This document shows, in pieces, positions 27,431 to 41,282 of a DNA stretch of 64,000 bases; the stretch's first letter is position 1, and each line of letters starts with the position of its first letter. The stretch comes from an uncultured Chloroflexia bacterium (GTDB taxonomy: Bacteria > Chloroflexota > Limnocylindria > Limnocylindrales > CSP1-4). Under the pieces are notes generated by a model. That model was not told the DNA's origin. It saw nothing but the letters and a program-made list of their open reading frames with translations, and ran no database searches. The position numbers were made by a program, and so were the translations under genes. The DNA is taken from assembly GCA_963835845.1 (NCBI GenBank), contig CAWIGT010000009.1:65808-129807 (forward strand), in the 5' to 3' direction.

Positions 27431-29051
27431 TCAGGCTTGGCCGTGGCCCGCGAGGCGGGGCGCCGTCGTCTGGCGCTCCTTCCGCTCGATCGGGCTGGGC
27501 GTGTTGGGATCGTCGGTCAGCTGCAGCTCGGCGGGCTCGAGGCCCCGCCAGGGTGCTCTGGCCGTGATCGCCTTCGTACGCGCGAGCCGACGCGAAGCAT
27601 CGCGGCTCTCGTCCCACGGCGCTCCGATGATCTGGAGGCCGACCGGCAGCCCCTCCGACAGGCCGCACGGGATCGAAGGCCCGGCAGGCCTGCCATGTTC
27701 ACCGGCAGCGTGCACGCGTCGGACAGGTACATCGCGACCGGATCGTCCAGCCGGGCGCCCGAGCGGGAACGCGACGGTGGGGCTGGTCGGCGCGACGATC
27801 GCGTCGAAGCCGCTCGCCCAGACCGCGTCGAAGTCCGCCTTGATCAGCGTCCGCACCTTCTGCGCCTTCAGGTAGTAGGCGTCGTAGTAGCCGGCCGAGA
27901 GCGCGTAGGTGCCGAGCATGATCCGGCGCTTGACCTCGGGCCCGAAGCCCGTCGCCCGCGGGTCTGAGGTAGTTCGGCGATGCACGTCGCCCGCGCGCAC
28001 GGCGTGGCCGTAGCGGATGCCGTCGTAGCGGGCCAGGTTCGCCGACTGCCTCGGCCGGCGCGATGATGTAGTACGTGGCCAGGCCGTAGTCCGTGTGCGG
28101 CAGCGAGACGTCCGTCGATCGCGGCCCCGGCGGCTTCGAGGGCCGCGACGGCCTCGCGGACGCGCGCCTCCACGCCCGGCTCCATGCCCGCGACGAAGTA
28201 CTCCCGCGGCAGCGCCGAGCCGGCGGCCCCGCAGGATACGCCGCCGCTTCATCGTCGCCGGCCGGGAGGTCGAGCAGGTCGCGGGCACGGGGATCCGGCG
28301 CGGAAGTCGCGTCGCGCTCGTCGCGGCCGGCGACGGCGTGCAGGAGCAGCGGCGGCGTCGCGGACGTCGCGCGCGAACGGGCCGATCTGGTCGAGCGAGC
28401 TGGCGAACGCGACGATGCCGTAGCGGCTGACGCGGCCGTACGTCGGCTTCAGCCCGACGATCCCGCACAGCGCGGCCGGCTGGCGGATGCGATCCGCCCG
28501 TGTCCGTGCCGATCGAGCAGCGGCGCAGTGGTAGGCCGCGACCGCGGCCGCGGAACCGCCGCGCTGCCGCCCGGGACGCGGTCGAGCGCCCACGGGTTGG
28601 CCGCGGGCCGTAGGCCAGTGCTCGGTCGAGGAGCCCATCGCGAACTCGTCCATGTTGGTCTTGCCGAGGATCACGGCGCCCGACGTCGCGCGAGCCGCGC
28701 CGTCGAGGTGGGCATCGAACGGGGCGACGTAGCCCTCGAGGATCCGCGAGCCGGCCGTGGCCTGGCCGCCCTTCACCGAAACCAGGTCCTTGAGCGCGAC
28801 CGGCACCCCGCAGAGCGGGTGGAGCGCGGCGAGCGCGGCGGACCCGGAGCGCGCGCCTCGGCGAGGCGCGCTGTCGGCCGCGTCGGCCTGGGCCAGGGCA
28901 TCGGCCCGGTCGATCGCCAGCCAGGCGTTGAGGGCCCGGTTCTGTCGCTCCGCGACTTGAGGTGGGCCTCGGTCAGGGCCCGCGACGACACCTCGCCGGC
29001 GCGCAGGAGGCGCGCCATCTCGTGAGCGTGGAGCCGCGTCAGGTCCGGCAT
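27431..29051 (-). pseudogene. gatA: Glu-tRNA(Gln)/Asp-tRNA(Asn) amidotransferase subunit A, broken by many frameshifts
   Basis: - Start [31 protein letters not shown] (28773..29051).
- Amidase signature pieces in other frames: [86 protein letters not shown].
- I take the end as TGA 27431-27433, based on the protein-like composition of that frame. Confidence 0.85.
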
Positions 29052-29054
29052 GGT

Positions 29055-29361
29055 CTAGGCGCCAGCCCTCGCCGCCCAGGATCGCCGGCACCACGAAGTG
29101 GTCGCCACTCCGCTCGGGGGCGTTGGCCAGCGCTTCGTCCGCCGTCAGGGAGTCTGTGACCACGTCCTCGCGCAGGATGTTCTCCAGCTCGATCGTCTGG
29201 GCCGTGGGCGGGATCTGCTCTGTGTCCAGGCCCGTGAGGATCGTGTACTGGTCGAGGATGTGGTTCAGCTGACCCTCCAGGCGCGCCAGCTCGTCCTCGG
29301 TCATGCCGAGGCGCGCGAGGTGCGCGACGTGCTCGACGTCGGCACGGGTCAGGTTGGCCAT
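29055..29361 (-). CDS. gatC: Glu-tRNA(Gln)/Asp-tRNA(Asn) amidotransferase subunit C (3' end out of frame with its likely TAG stop by 1 nt)
   Basis: [55 protein letters not shown]...[11 protein letters not shown] is a typical GatC. As assembled, the frame reads through into gatA. A TAG at 29055-29057, 3 nt before the gatA ATG, is in the +1 frame. Confidence 0.8.
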
Positions 29362-29603
29362 GATCTCCTGCGAATGTCTCCCCGGTACGGCGGACCGGGC
29401 GGGCCTACCGGGAAGGTACCAGATGGGAGACCACGCCGTCACCAACCGGAGGCCGACAAGCCCCGGGCCGCCTCGGGGGCGATGCCGCCGCTCGCGTTCC
29501 GCACGCCGATGGAACGTGCGGCGACCGCGTGCCGATCCGGCGACCGAGGGAGTCTCCGGATCCCGCGAGCGTCCGGACCGACGTACGACTCAATCCCCCG
29601 TCG

Positions 29604-30575
29604 CTAGCGAGTGGCGAGGACGGCCACCCATTTGTTGTACCACTCCGTGCGCCCCACTCGGCCGTCGATCGGGTCTCGCATGGTCGAGTCCGATTGCCAG
29701 TAGCGGTCGAATTGGACGGCGTCCGGGCCGGATTTCCACGCCGCCAGACTGATCCAGGTGTCGTCCGCGATGGGCTGGACGTCGTGGGTCGCGCCGTCGT
29801 AGACGAGAGTCGCCACCCCTTCCAGCGGATCGGTCAGGTAGACGCCAACCACGCTGAAGTTGTCGCCGGTCGCGGGATTGTCGCCGTGCGCCTTATAGCC
29901 GGTCACCAGCTGCGCGTGGCCTCCCATCCACGAGAAGACGATGGCGGGTTTGCGGGTCCGGGCGATCGACGACACCACGCCTTTGGCGGCCGCGGCGAAG
30001 GTCGTATAGGCGGCGTCGACGTAGACACCTGCCTGCAGGGAGCCCCAGCCGTTGAAGTTCAGGGCATTTCGGGTTCCGTGCGGGTCGGACCCCGGCAGCC
30101 AGGTCGGCAGCGTCATGTTGGACCGCTCGTATTGGAGAATCTCCTCTTGCGTCGCATATGAGGTCGTGGGCGACCAGGACGTGGCGCCGCCGTCGAGTGC
30201 AATGAGATTCAACGCGGTCTGGGCGGATGCGGCAGTGCACGCCATCGGGTCGGGGTTCTGGTGGCGTACGCCCGCCCCGTCGAACAGGTCCAGGGTCCAA
30301 TCGGTCTGTGGAGAACCGCTTGGTGATTGGGCGGCCGGGGATTGGCCGGCCGCGGCCGTGGCCGGCGGCGACCAGGTGGCCAGGGCAACGAAGGTCTCGC
30401 CGGCCGTCGCCGATGGCGCCGATGGAGCCGGTGGCACCGAGGCGGACGCAGACGACGAGACTCCCGAGGTCGCGGAAGTTGCCTCGGGGGACCACGCGAC
30501 CGATGGCGACGAAGCCGACGGACTGCCGCCGATGCACCCGACGGGCAGCGCGGCCAGGATCGCGACCGCGGCCAC
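29604..30575 (-). CDS. Secreted lipoprotein with a peptidase C39-like (papain-fold cysteine peptidase) domain
   Basis: Lipobox ILAALPVGC, then a Ser/Ala/Pro linker. Candidate nucleophile context DPMACTAASAQTALNLI and His context SWMGGHAQLVTGY resemble C39-like domains. The start is GTG. The signal n-region (RRTFRA) continues upstream, so the true start may be the ATG near 30647 in another frame (possible frameshift). Confidence 0.55.
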   Translation of the reverse strand: MAAVAILAALPVGCIGGSPSASSPSVAWSPEATSATSGVSSSASASVPPAPSAPSATAGETFVALATWSPPATAAAGQSPAAQSPSGSPQTDWTLDLFDGAGVRHQNPDPMACTAASAQTALNLIALDGGATSWSPTTSYATQEEILQYERSNMTLPTWLPGSDPHGTRNALNFNGWGSLQAGVYVDAAYTTFAAAAKGVVSSIARTRKPAIVFSWMGGHAQLVTGYKAHGDNPATGDNFSVVGVYLTDPLEGVATLVYDGATHDVQPIADDTWISLAAWKSGPDAVQFDRYWQSDSTMRDPIDGRVGRTEWYNKWVAVLATR

Positions 30576-30830
30576 GGCACGGAAGGTCCGGCGAGACGAT
30601 GCCGCCAGGCGGCAAGCTTTCGTCCCGGCCCGGCCGCTCGAATCTCATGGCGATTCTTGGAACCGAGAAGTTGCGCACGTCTCGCCAGTATGCACGACTG
30701 CAAAGGTCGCCTGCCTCGGGCAAATGGACGGGCGGAGAATGACCGGATCGCAGCCGAGCCTGGCCGGATCGCAGCCGGGCTCCCCTTCGCCTAAAGTTGT
30801 GTTGAGCCTGACTCCCAGCGAGCGAGAGCC

Positions 30831-31666
30831 GTGACCGATTTCGACATCCGCGAGATGACGACCGACGATATCGATCCAGCGGTCGAGTTGTATCGGTCGG
30901 GAGGCTGGGGCGAACGGCGCTCGTTCCTCGAGCAGGTCGCGGCCGTTCCCAGCTGCAAGTCTCTGGTCGCGGTTCGCGACGGTTCTGTCGTGGCCACCGG
31001 ACTCGCCACGATCAACGGCCCGGTCGGCTGGGTGGGGTCCATCTTCGTCGATCCCAGATTGCGGCGGCAGGGCCTGGGCAAGGCCATGACTGAGGCGGTC
31101 TGCGCCCGGCTGGACGCCGCCGGTTGCAGGACCCAGGCCCTGATCGCGTCCGTCTACGGTCAGCCGCTCTACGAGAAGATGGGCTTCCGCATCGACGCCT
31201 GGTATCAGATCCTCGAGGCTCTGCCCTCGGATGCCATGCCCGTGCCACGTCCCGGGGCCACTCTGCGCCGGATGGTCCCTGGCGACCTGGACCGCGTAGG
31301 TCGGCTCGACCGGCGCGCCACGGGTGAAGACCGGCGGGGATTGCTGGGCGGGATGGCCGAGAGTGGCTGGCTCCTCGAATCGGGGGCCGACCTGCTCGGC
31401 TTCCTGGTGTCGATCCTGCCCGACTCGGCCGCCGTCGTCGCGCCCGATCCCGACGATGCGGTGGTCCTGCTCGACCTTCTACGCCACCTGGGCCGGCGAC
31501 GCGCGAGAACGGTGCGCGCGGCAGTCCTACAGGGCCACGACAAGCGTCGAAGGCTGCTGGAAGAGCGCGGCTGGGGTCCGACTTTCGTGACGCCCAGGAT
31601 GCTGCGCGGCGACCCGATCGACTGGCAGCCCGAGATGAGCTGGGGCCTTCTCGGGTTCGCGTTCGG

Positions 31667-31670
<4 letters not shown>
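30831..31670 (+). CDS. GNAT-family N-acetyltransferase (two-domain, YitH-like), paralog 1
   Basis: VATGLATINGPVGWVGSIFVDPRLRRQGLGKAMTEAVCARLDAAGC...PLYEKMGFR is the acetyl-CoA binding motif R-x-x-G-x-G. Confidence 0.8.
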
Positions 31671-35828
<4,158 letters not shown>

Positions 35829-35975
35829 GTCCGAATGGTCGCGCATCGTGGGCCGCCGGTGGTCGCGCATCGATATCGTCGCCGCGGCCGCACCGGCCGG
35901 GTGGACCACTTGCCATTCGGCGGCGGAGGGCTAGGGTTGAGTGGCGCGTCTCACGAGAGTGTGGAGGATGCGACG

Positions 35976-36149
35976 ATGAAACCAGGCGTCGAACAACCGG
36001 TAGCCCTGGAGTTGACCGCCGACGAGCTGCAACTCGTCAAGGCCGGCCTGCAGCTGCTTCTGGTGGTCGAGGACGACCACATCGCGATCGAGCAACTCAA
36101 GGAGGTGCTGAGGCAGATCGACGAGAAGGCCGCCCAGGCCGTTCGCTAG
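35976..36149 (+). CDS. Hypothetical small acidic helical protein (57 aa)
   Basis: ATG 35976 is preceded by GGAGGA at 35964-35969. Sequence: MKPGVEQPVALELTADELQLVKAGLQLLLVVEDDHIAIEQLKEVLRQIDEKAAQAVR. Only the last 57 codons of track ORF 34728..36149 look coding. Confidence 0.45.
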   Translation: MKPGVEQPVALELTADELQLVKAGLQLLLVVEDDHIAIEQLKEVLRQIDEKAAQAVR

Positions 36150-36195
36150 GACAGACCGGGAAGATCGGCCGGGGCGGCTCGGGACTCGTTCTCGG

Positions 36196-37177
36196 CTAGC
36201 CCCAGTTCACGTCCGTGGCGCGGCGATGCATGTGGAGCGGAGCCTGGGCCATGTACTCGAGAACTTCGCTGTAGCGCGCGACCGCCAGGCCCACAACCGA
36301 AATCGCCGGCCCCGTAGTACAGGCACAACCTGTCGGCGGCCTCGTCCAGAACCCAGCCGTTGGGGAAGAGGACTTTGTCCACATCGCCCACGGACTCGTA
36401 GGTCGTGGCCGGGGCCAGCACCCACTCGTCCGATCGGCGCAGAACCACGTCCGGATGATCGATGTCGAGCAGGGCCAGGCCGACTCGGTAGATCGGCCCC
36501 GAAGCCGTCGCGTGAGCTCCGTGATACATCATCAGCCAGCCCAGAGAAGTGGCCAGCGGCGGCGGCCCAAGCCCTATCTTCTGGGCATCCCACCAGGCGC
36601 CCTCGCGGGCTTCGAGCAGCATCTTGTGGTCGCCCCAGTGGCGGAGGTCGGGCGAGTAGGAGATCCAGATGTTGGCCGGACCGCGAATCGGAGCCGGACG
36701 GTGGATCATGATCCAGCGGCCCTCGAAGCGGTGCGGGAAGAGCGCGGCGTCCTTGTCGTCGGGCGGCATGACCGGACCCAGGCGGGTGACTTCCCGGAAA
36801 TCCCTGGTCACTGCCAGGGACACGAGCGGGCCGCCGTTGCTGTAAGCGGTGTACGTGATCGCCCACTCTTCGCGCTCGGGCAGATACACGAGCCGTGGGT
36901 CCTCGCAACCCCAGATCTCCTCAGGATGGGCCGGGTCCGGCGCGAGCAAGGGCTTCTCGTCGAGCCGCCAGGCCCCGACGCCGTCGTTGCTGCGAGCGAC
37001 CAGCAGGCTCGAGATGCCTCGCAAGTCTTCGACCCGCAACAGCAGCACCGTCTCGCCGTCGACGTGAGCGGCGCCCGGGTTGAAGACGGTATTGGCCGGA
37101 TACGGAAGGTGATCCGGAGTGATGATCGGGTTGGATGGGTGTCTGACGAACAGATGCCGGCCGCTAAGCTGGCTCAC
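36196..37177 (-). CDS. GH130-family glycoside phosphorylase/hydrolase (beta-mannoside type, DUF377), one frameshift near the 3' end
   Basis: SNPIITP..NTVFNPGA..ETVLLLRVED, WGCEDPRL, WAITYTAYS, DKDAALFP, GWLMMYHG..YRVGLALLD, VLFPNGWV..LYYGAGD. The frame switches at the A3/T3 run at 36300-36302 to ..SVVGLAVARYSEVLEYM.. (ORF 36196..36384). The GTG start overlaps the upstream stop (GTGA at 37174-37177). Confidence 0.8.
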
Positions 37178-38422
37178 GGGCGAGCGTCCCGGCCGGTTGG
37201 GGGCCGAGGGTCGCCGCCCGAGGCCGACGAGGCAACCGCATGCAGGCCGGCATTGTCGGCGCCGCGGAGCCGGCGTATCTGCTCGAGCGCCCCGAGCCAC
37301 ATGAGCGTCGAATTCGGCGCCCTGATTGGCGTTCGGTCCGGTCGGCTGGAGCCCGTCGAAGCAACCTCCCAGCGCCGGATCGGCCATCGCAATTCCAAGG
37401 TCGTTGTCGCCGAGGAACCAGCCGTAGGCGGCCTCGGCGGCGTTTACGTAGCGCCGGCGACCCGTCGCGCGGAAGGCGGACGCGGCGGTGGCAACCATCA
37501 CGGCGGCCTCGATCGGCTGCTGGTCGAACCGGCTCCGAGCGCCGCCGCGAGGCCACCAGCCGGAGTTGCCGATCGGCGAGAAGCTGCCGGATTCGGTCGT
37601 CTGAACGTCGATCAGCCAGTCCAGCAAGGCGCAGCCTCGATCCAGCAGGGCCCGCCCGCCGGGCCGCCCTCCGGCCGTGATGAGCGCTTGGGGCAGCAGG
37701 GCGTTCTCGTAGGTGAGCACATTTTCCGGCCAGGGCCAATCGGCCGCGATAGGCGCCGCCGCATCGGCCAATCGATCGGCCAGCAGCTCGAACGTCGCCC
37801 GCGCGGCCGACTTCGCTTCGCCTGTCGAGATGGCATCCATGACCGAGTCGCAGGCGATCAAGGCCGCGGAGATGGGCCGCAACGACCCAAAGGCGGTCGC
37901 CGCCGGAATGGCTCGGACGAACAGACTGCTTGCTTCGCCTGCCATGTCCGTTCCGGGCATTTCCGCGATCACCGCCGCCAGGCCCACGAGAGATCGGGCG
38001 TGGCAGTCCTCGGACGCATCGACATCGAGCCACTTGCCGTTGGCGTCGCGCATGTTCATGAACCGGCCCGAGCCATTCCGGAAGGCATCTCCGACGAACC
38101 TGAGCGACCGCTCCAGACTTCCCTGGACGGCGGCCCGGCCGAGTTCGCGAGCGTGCAACACGTCGACGACGATCTCGCGCGCGACGTCGTCGGTGCAGTA
38201 CCCGAAGGTGCGATCGGGGCGGTCTCCTCGGGCGTGCTGCCACAGGCCGACATCGTCGGTCATGACGTCCAGGTGCACCCGGCTCACCGGGTACAGAGCC
38301 CGGCGCTTCGGGTGTGGCTGGCGGACGCGGCCGTGGAACTCCGAATCCCCGGAACCCGCACCTCTGGCCGAATTACGTCTGCCGGACTGGAGACCGCCGG
38401 GGGCGAGCTCACGATCCAGCAT
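37174..38422 (-). CDS. Conserved hypothetical, probable (alpha/alpha)6 six-hairpin glycosidase-like protein, one frameshift near the 3' end
   Basis: MTDDVGLWQHARGDRPDRTFGYCTDDVARE...WPWPENVLTYENALLPQAL...GWFLGDN..NQGAE, then a shift at about 37301-37304 to STLMWLGALEQIRRL (ORF 37174..37398). The all-helical repeat pattern and position between GT4 and GH130 support the call. The family assignment is inference. Confidence 0.55.
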
Positions 38423-39584
38423 GGCGCGCTCCCACCTTCTCCGCATCCACGGTCGAGCGCATTCCCCCGGCGCTGACGCGCTCGAAGATCCTGCTGTATC
38501 TGGCCCCGACTTCCGGCCAGATCATCGTCCGGCTGAATTCGTAGGCACGCCTGCCCATGCGGTGGCGCAGCTCGTGGTCGGCCAGCAGCTCGACCAACGA
38601 CTCGGCCAGGACACCCGGCTCCGTGGAAGCCACGAGCTTTCCGCGTCCGCCCTCGAGCATCTCCACGGCGTAGGGATAGCGGGTCGAGACGATCGCCTTG
38701 CCCGCACTCATCGCGTAGGCCAGGGTCCCGGATACGATCTGCTCACGATTGGGGTACGGGGTGACGAAGATGTCAGCGGCGGTCAGCCACTTGCCCAGCT
38801 CCGAGCGAGTCACGAAGCGATCGACGAACAGGACGTGGTCGGCGACGCCCAGAGCCTGGGCCAGGTTCATCAGTCTCGTTCGGTAGGCCTCGCCATCGCG
38901 TCTCAGCAATTCCGGATGGGTCGCTCCGAGGATGACGTAGTAGGCCGACGGCGAAGCCTCGATCACGGCCGGCATCGCTTCGATGACCAATTCGTAGCCT
39001 TTGCCCGGTCCGAGGAGACCGAAGCACAGGATCATCGGGGCCGTCTCCATGCCCAGCGTCGGCTTGACGGTGTCCGGATCGAGGAGGGGCAGATGCGGGA
39101 CGCCGTGCGGCACGACGTCGATCTCGTTGGGGTCCACCCCGTACGTACGGCCCAGTAGCGCGGCGGCAGACCGTGACATAACGACCGTGGCGGCGCTGGC
39201 TTCGACAAGCCTCATCAGGATGCGGCGCTGTCCCCACGAAGGTTCCTGCGGAACCGTATGCAGGGTCGTGACGACGGGCTTGGACAGGGCATCGACAAAG
39301 TCGAGCACGGACTCGCCGTCGTCGCCGCCCCAGATCCCGTATTCGTGCTGGATCGAGACGACCCGCGCGCTCGAGCGGTTCAGTGTCCGGGCGACACTGA
39401 CGTAGTCCGCGCGCGTGTCACGTCGGATGCGGTGCTGGACTTCGATCGGATACACATCCGGCCCATCCGGCGGATGGAGAACCGCGATCTCGTGGTCGCC
39501 CGTTACCCCCGCCAGGTCGCGCGTGAATGTCGCGAATTCCGCACCGGCGGGGCGGATAAGTGGCGACGAAGACATTGCCTGCAC
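38409..39584 (-). CDS. Glycosyltransferase family 4 (GT-B, retaining)
   Basis: VVSIQHEYGIWGG, LCFGLLGPGKGYE, ADIFVTPYPNREQIVSGTLAYAMSAGKAIVST (E-x7-E-like region). This is a typical GT4 layout. Confidence 0.85.
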   Translation of the reverse strand: MQAMSSSPLIRPAGAEFATFTRDLAGVTGDHEIAVLHPPDGPDVYPIEVQHRIRRDTRADYVSVARTLNRSSARVVSIQHEYGIWGGDDGESVLDFVDALSKPVVTTLHTVPQEPSWGQRRILMRLVEASAATVVMSRSAAALLGRTYGVDPNEIDVVPHGVPHLPLLDPDTVKPTLGMETAPMILCFGLLGPGKGYELVIEAMPAVIEASPSAYYVILGATHPELLRRDGEAYRTRLMNLAQALGVADHVLFVDRFVTRSELGKWLTAADIFVTPYPNREQIVSGTLAYAMSAGKAIVSTRYPYAVEMLEGGRGKLVASTEPGVLAESLVELLADHELRHRMGRRAYEFSRTMIWPEVGARYSRIFERVSAGGMRSTVDAEKVGARHAGS

Positions 39585-39821
39585 TCATAACACCTTACTG
39601 AGCCAACGGCCAGCGTAATCTGGCGGGCCCGGCAGCGCCGGATCGATACGAGTGGTCGCGGGGGCGTGATGAGCCCGGCGATCGGCCAACGGCTTTCTGC
39701 CGTCTGCAAGGGCGCAGCAGGCCCGGCGGCTGCTCGTCCTTCTGGAGCCGATAAATCGCGAAGTACAGGAGTCATGGTACCCGCATCCGGCGCTGCTGCC
39801 AATACCCCGCGAAGGGACCCG

Positions 39822-41282
39822 CTACTCCGGGTTCGGCGAGACCGCCTGATCGAGGCCGTGGACCGTTTTCTCCCAGAAGGACGGCGCACTCACCAGCTGC
39901 ATCACCGCCTTGACGACGGCCAGCGACATCAGCAGCCAGTAGACCGGCACGATCAGAGCTGCCGGCACGAGTCGCCAGGACCCCGCCGCACGGGCGCTGA
40001 TCAGCCAGGAGTAGTAGAGGCTGAAATTGCCGGCGACCATGACCGCAAGGCTGACGTAGTAGAGCCAGGCCGGGAACAGCGCCAGCAGTACAGGCGGGTG
40101 GACCGTGAACCAGAGCAGAGTCAGTACCCAGAAGATCGGGCTGATCAGGGCCAGCAGGGGCGTTCCGGCCACGAAGAGGTTGAAACCCACCAACCCGCGC
40201 CAGCCGAGTCCGCGCCGGAGCTCCCGAACATGGCGCGTATGCACGAGCCAGGTCTGGAGGTATCCCTTGTACCAGCGCGAGCGCTGCTTGACCCAGTTGA
40301 TGATGTCGCTGTTAGCCTCTTCGCAGGTCGTGCTGTCCAGGACCCGAGTCTGATAGCCCTCGCGGGCAAGCCGAATGCCGACGTCGGCGTCTTCGGTCAC
40401 GTTGTAGGAGTCCCACCCTCCTACGGCCTGCAGGATGTCGGCTCGGAAATGGTTCGATGTCCCGCCCAGAGGCAAGGGTCCGCGCTGCGAGACCAATCCG
40501 GGCAGCAAGAACGAGAACCACATCGAGTACTCGATCGTGAACCAGCTCGTCAGCAGGTTCTGCTCGGAGTTGTAGAAGGAGAGCTTGGCCTGCAAGCAGG
40601 CGATCGACGGCGGCAGCGTTTGGAAAGCGGCGACTGCCCTGCGAAGCTGCAGAGGCTCGGGACGGTCCTCTGCGTCGTAGATGGTCACGATCGACCCACG
40701 CGAACCCACCAGGCCGTAGTTGCAGGCCTTGGGCTTGGTCTTCGGCTCGGAATCCGGGACCAGGACGATCGTGAAATGCGGGCCCGGGTTGGCTGCTCGT
40801 GCCGCGGCGATGGTTTCGGCGTCGTCTTCCTCGAGCAGCAGACGGATGTCGAGCTTGCCGACCGGGTACTCCAGAGCGGACAGGCGATCGATGAGCGCTC
40901 CGATCACCGACGGTTCGCGATACGCAGGCACCAGGATCGTATATACCGGCAGGCTGGCGTCGGGGATCGAACGAGCCTCGGCGTCCGAGATCGAGATGAC
41001 TTCCGGGCGCCGCACGGACAGCCAGAATGCCGAAAGCCTGTATACGAAGGCCGCCAGGAACAGGAAGGTTGCCAGCGCGACCAGGCAAACGGCGGTCGTC
41101 AGTGGCGCCAGCACGAAGCCCAAACCGAGAATCACGAGCAGGACCAGGCCTACTCGCTTCTGCATTGACGAAACCGTCCGTCGGGCGGTCAGATCGGGGT
41201 GAAGAAGGGGCGGCGTCACGACCCGCGGTGAGCTCTTTCGAGGGCGTCGGCGCGACGGAACGGGCTGCACGGCTTCGGTCAT
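39822..41282 (-). CDS. Membrane-embedded processive glycosyltransferase family 2 (cellulose/chitin-synthase-like)
   Basis: YTILVPAYREP, IYDAEDRPEP (D,D), TEDADVG (TED), QRSRWYKG (Q-x-x-RW), flanked by N- and C-terminal TM helices. The ATG overlaps the exosortase stop (ATGA at 41279-41282). Confidence 0.9.
   Translation of the reverse strand: MTEAVQPVPSRRRPRKSSPRVVTPPLLHPDLTARRTVSSMQKRVGLVLLVILGLGFVLAPLTTAVCLVALATFLFLAAFVYRLSAFWLSVRRPEVISISDAEARSIPDASLPVYTILVPAYREPSVIGALIDRLSALEYPVGKLDIRLLLEEDDAETIAAARAANPGPHFTIVLVPDSEPKTKPKACNYGLVGSRGSIVTIYDAEDRPEPLQLRRAVAAFQTLPPSIACLQAKLSFYNSEQNLLTSWFTIEYSMWFSFLLPGLVSQRGPLPLGGTSNHFRADILQAVGGWDSYNVTEDADVGIRLAREGYQTRVLDSTTCEEANSDIINWVKQRSRWYKGYLQTWLVHTRHVRELRRGLGWRGLVGFNLFVAGTPLLALISPIFWVLTLLWFTVHPPVLLALFPAWLYYVSLAVMVAGNFSLYYSWLISARAAGSWRLVPAALIVPVYWLLMSLAVVKAVMQLVSAPSFWEKTVHGLDQAVSPNPE

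Noticed and set aside
27417-27668. Alternative gatA 3' end at TGA 27417-27419, which would give an attractive ATGA overlap with the aminotransferase ATG at 27420.
   Set aside because: That frame translates to Arg/Ala/Pro-rich sequence. The frame ending at 27431 reads protein-like (..[31 protein letters not shown]..) and leaves a GAGGAAG RBS before ATG 27420. Certainty is low because of the many indels.
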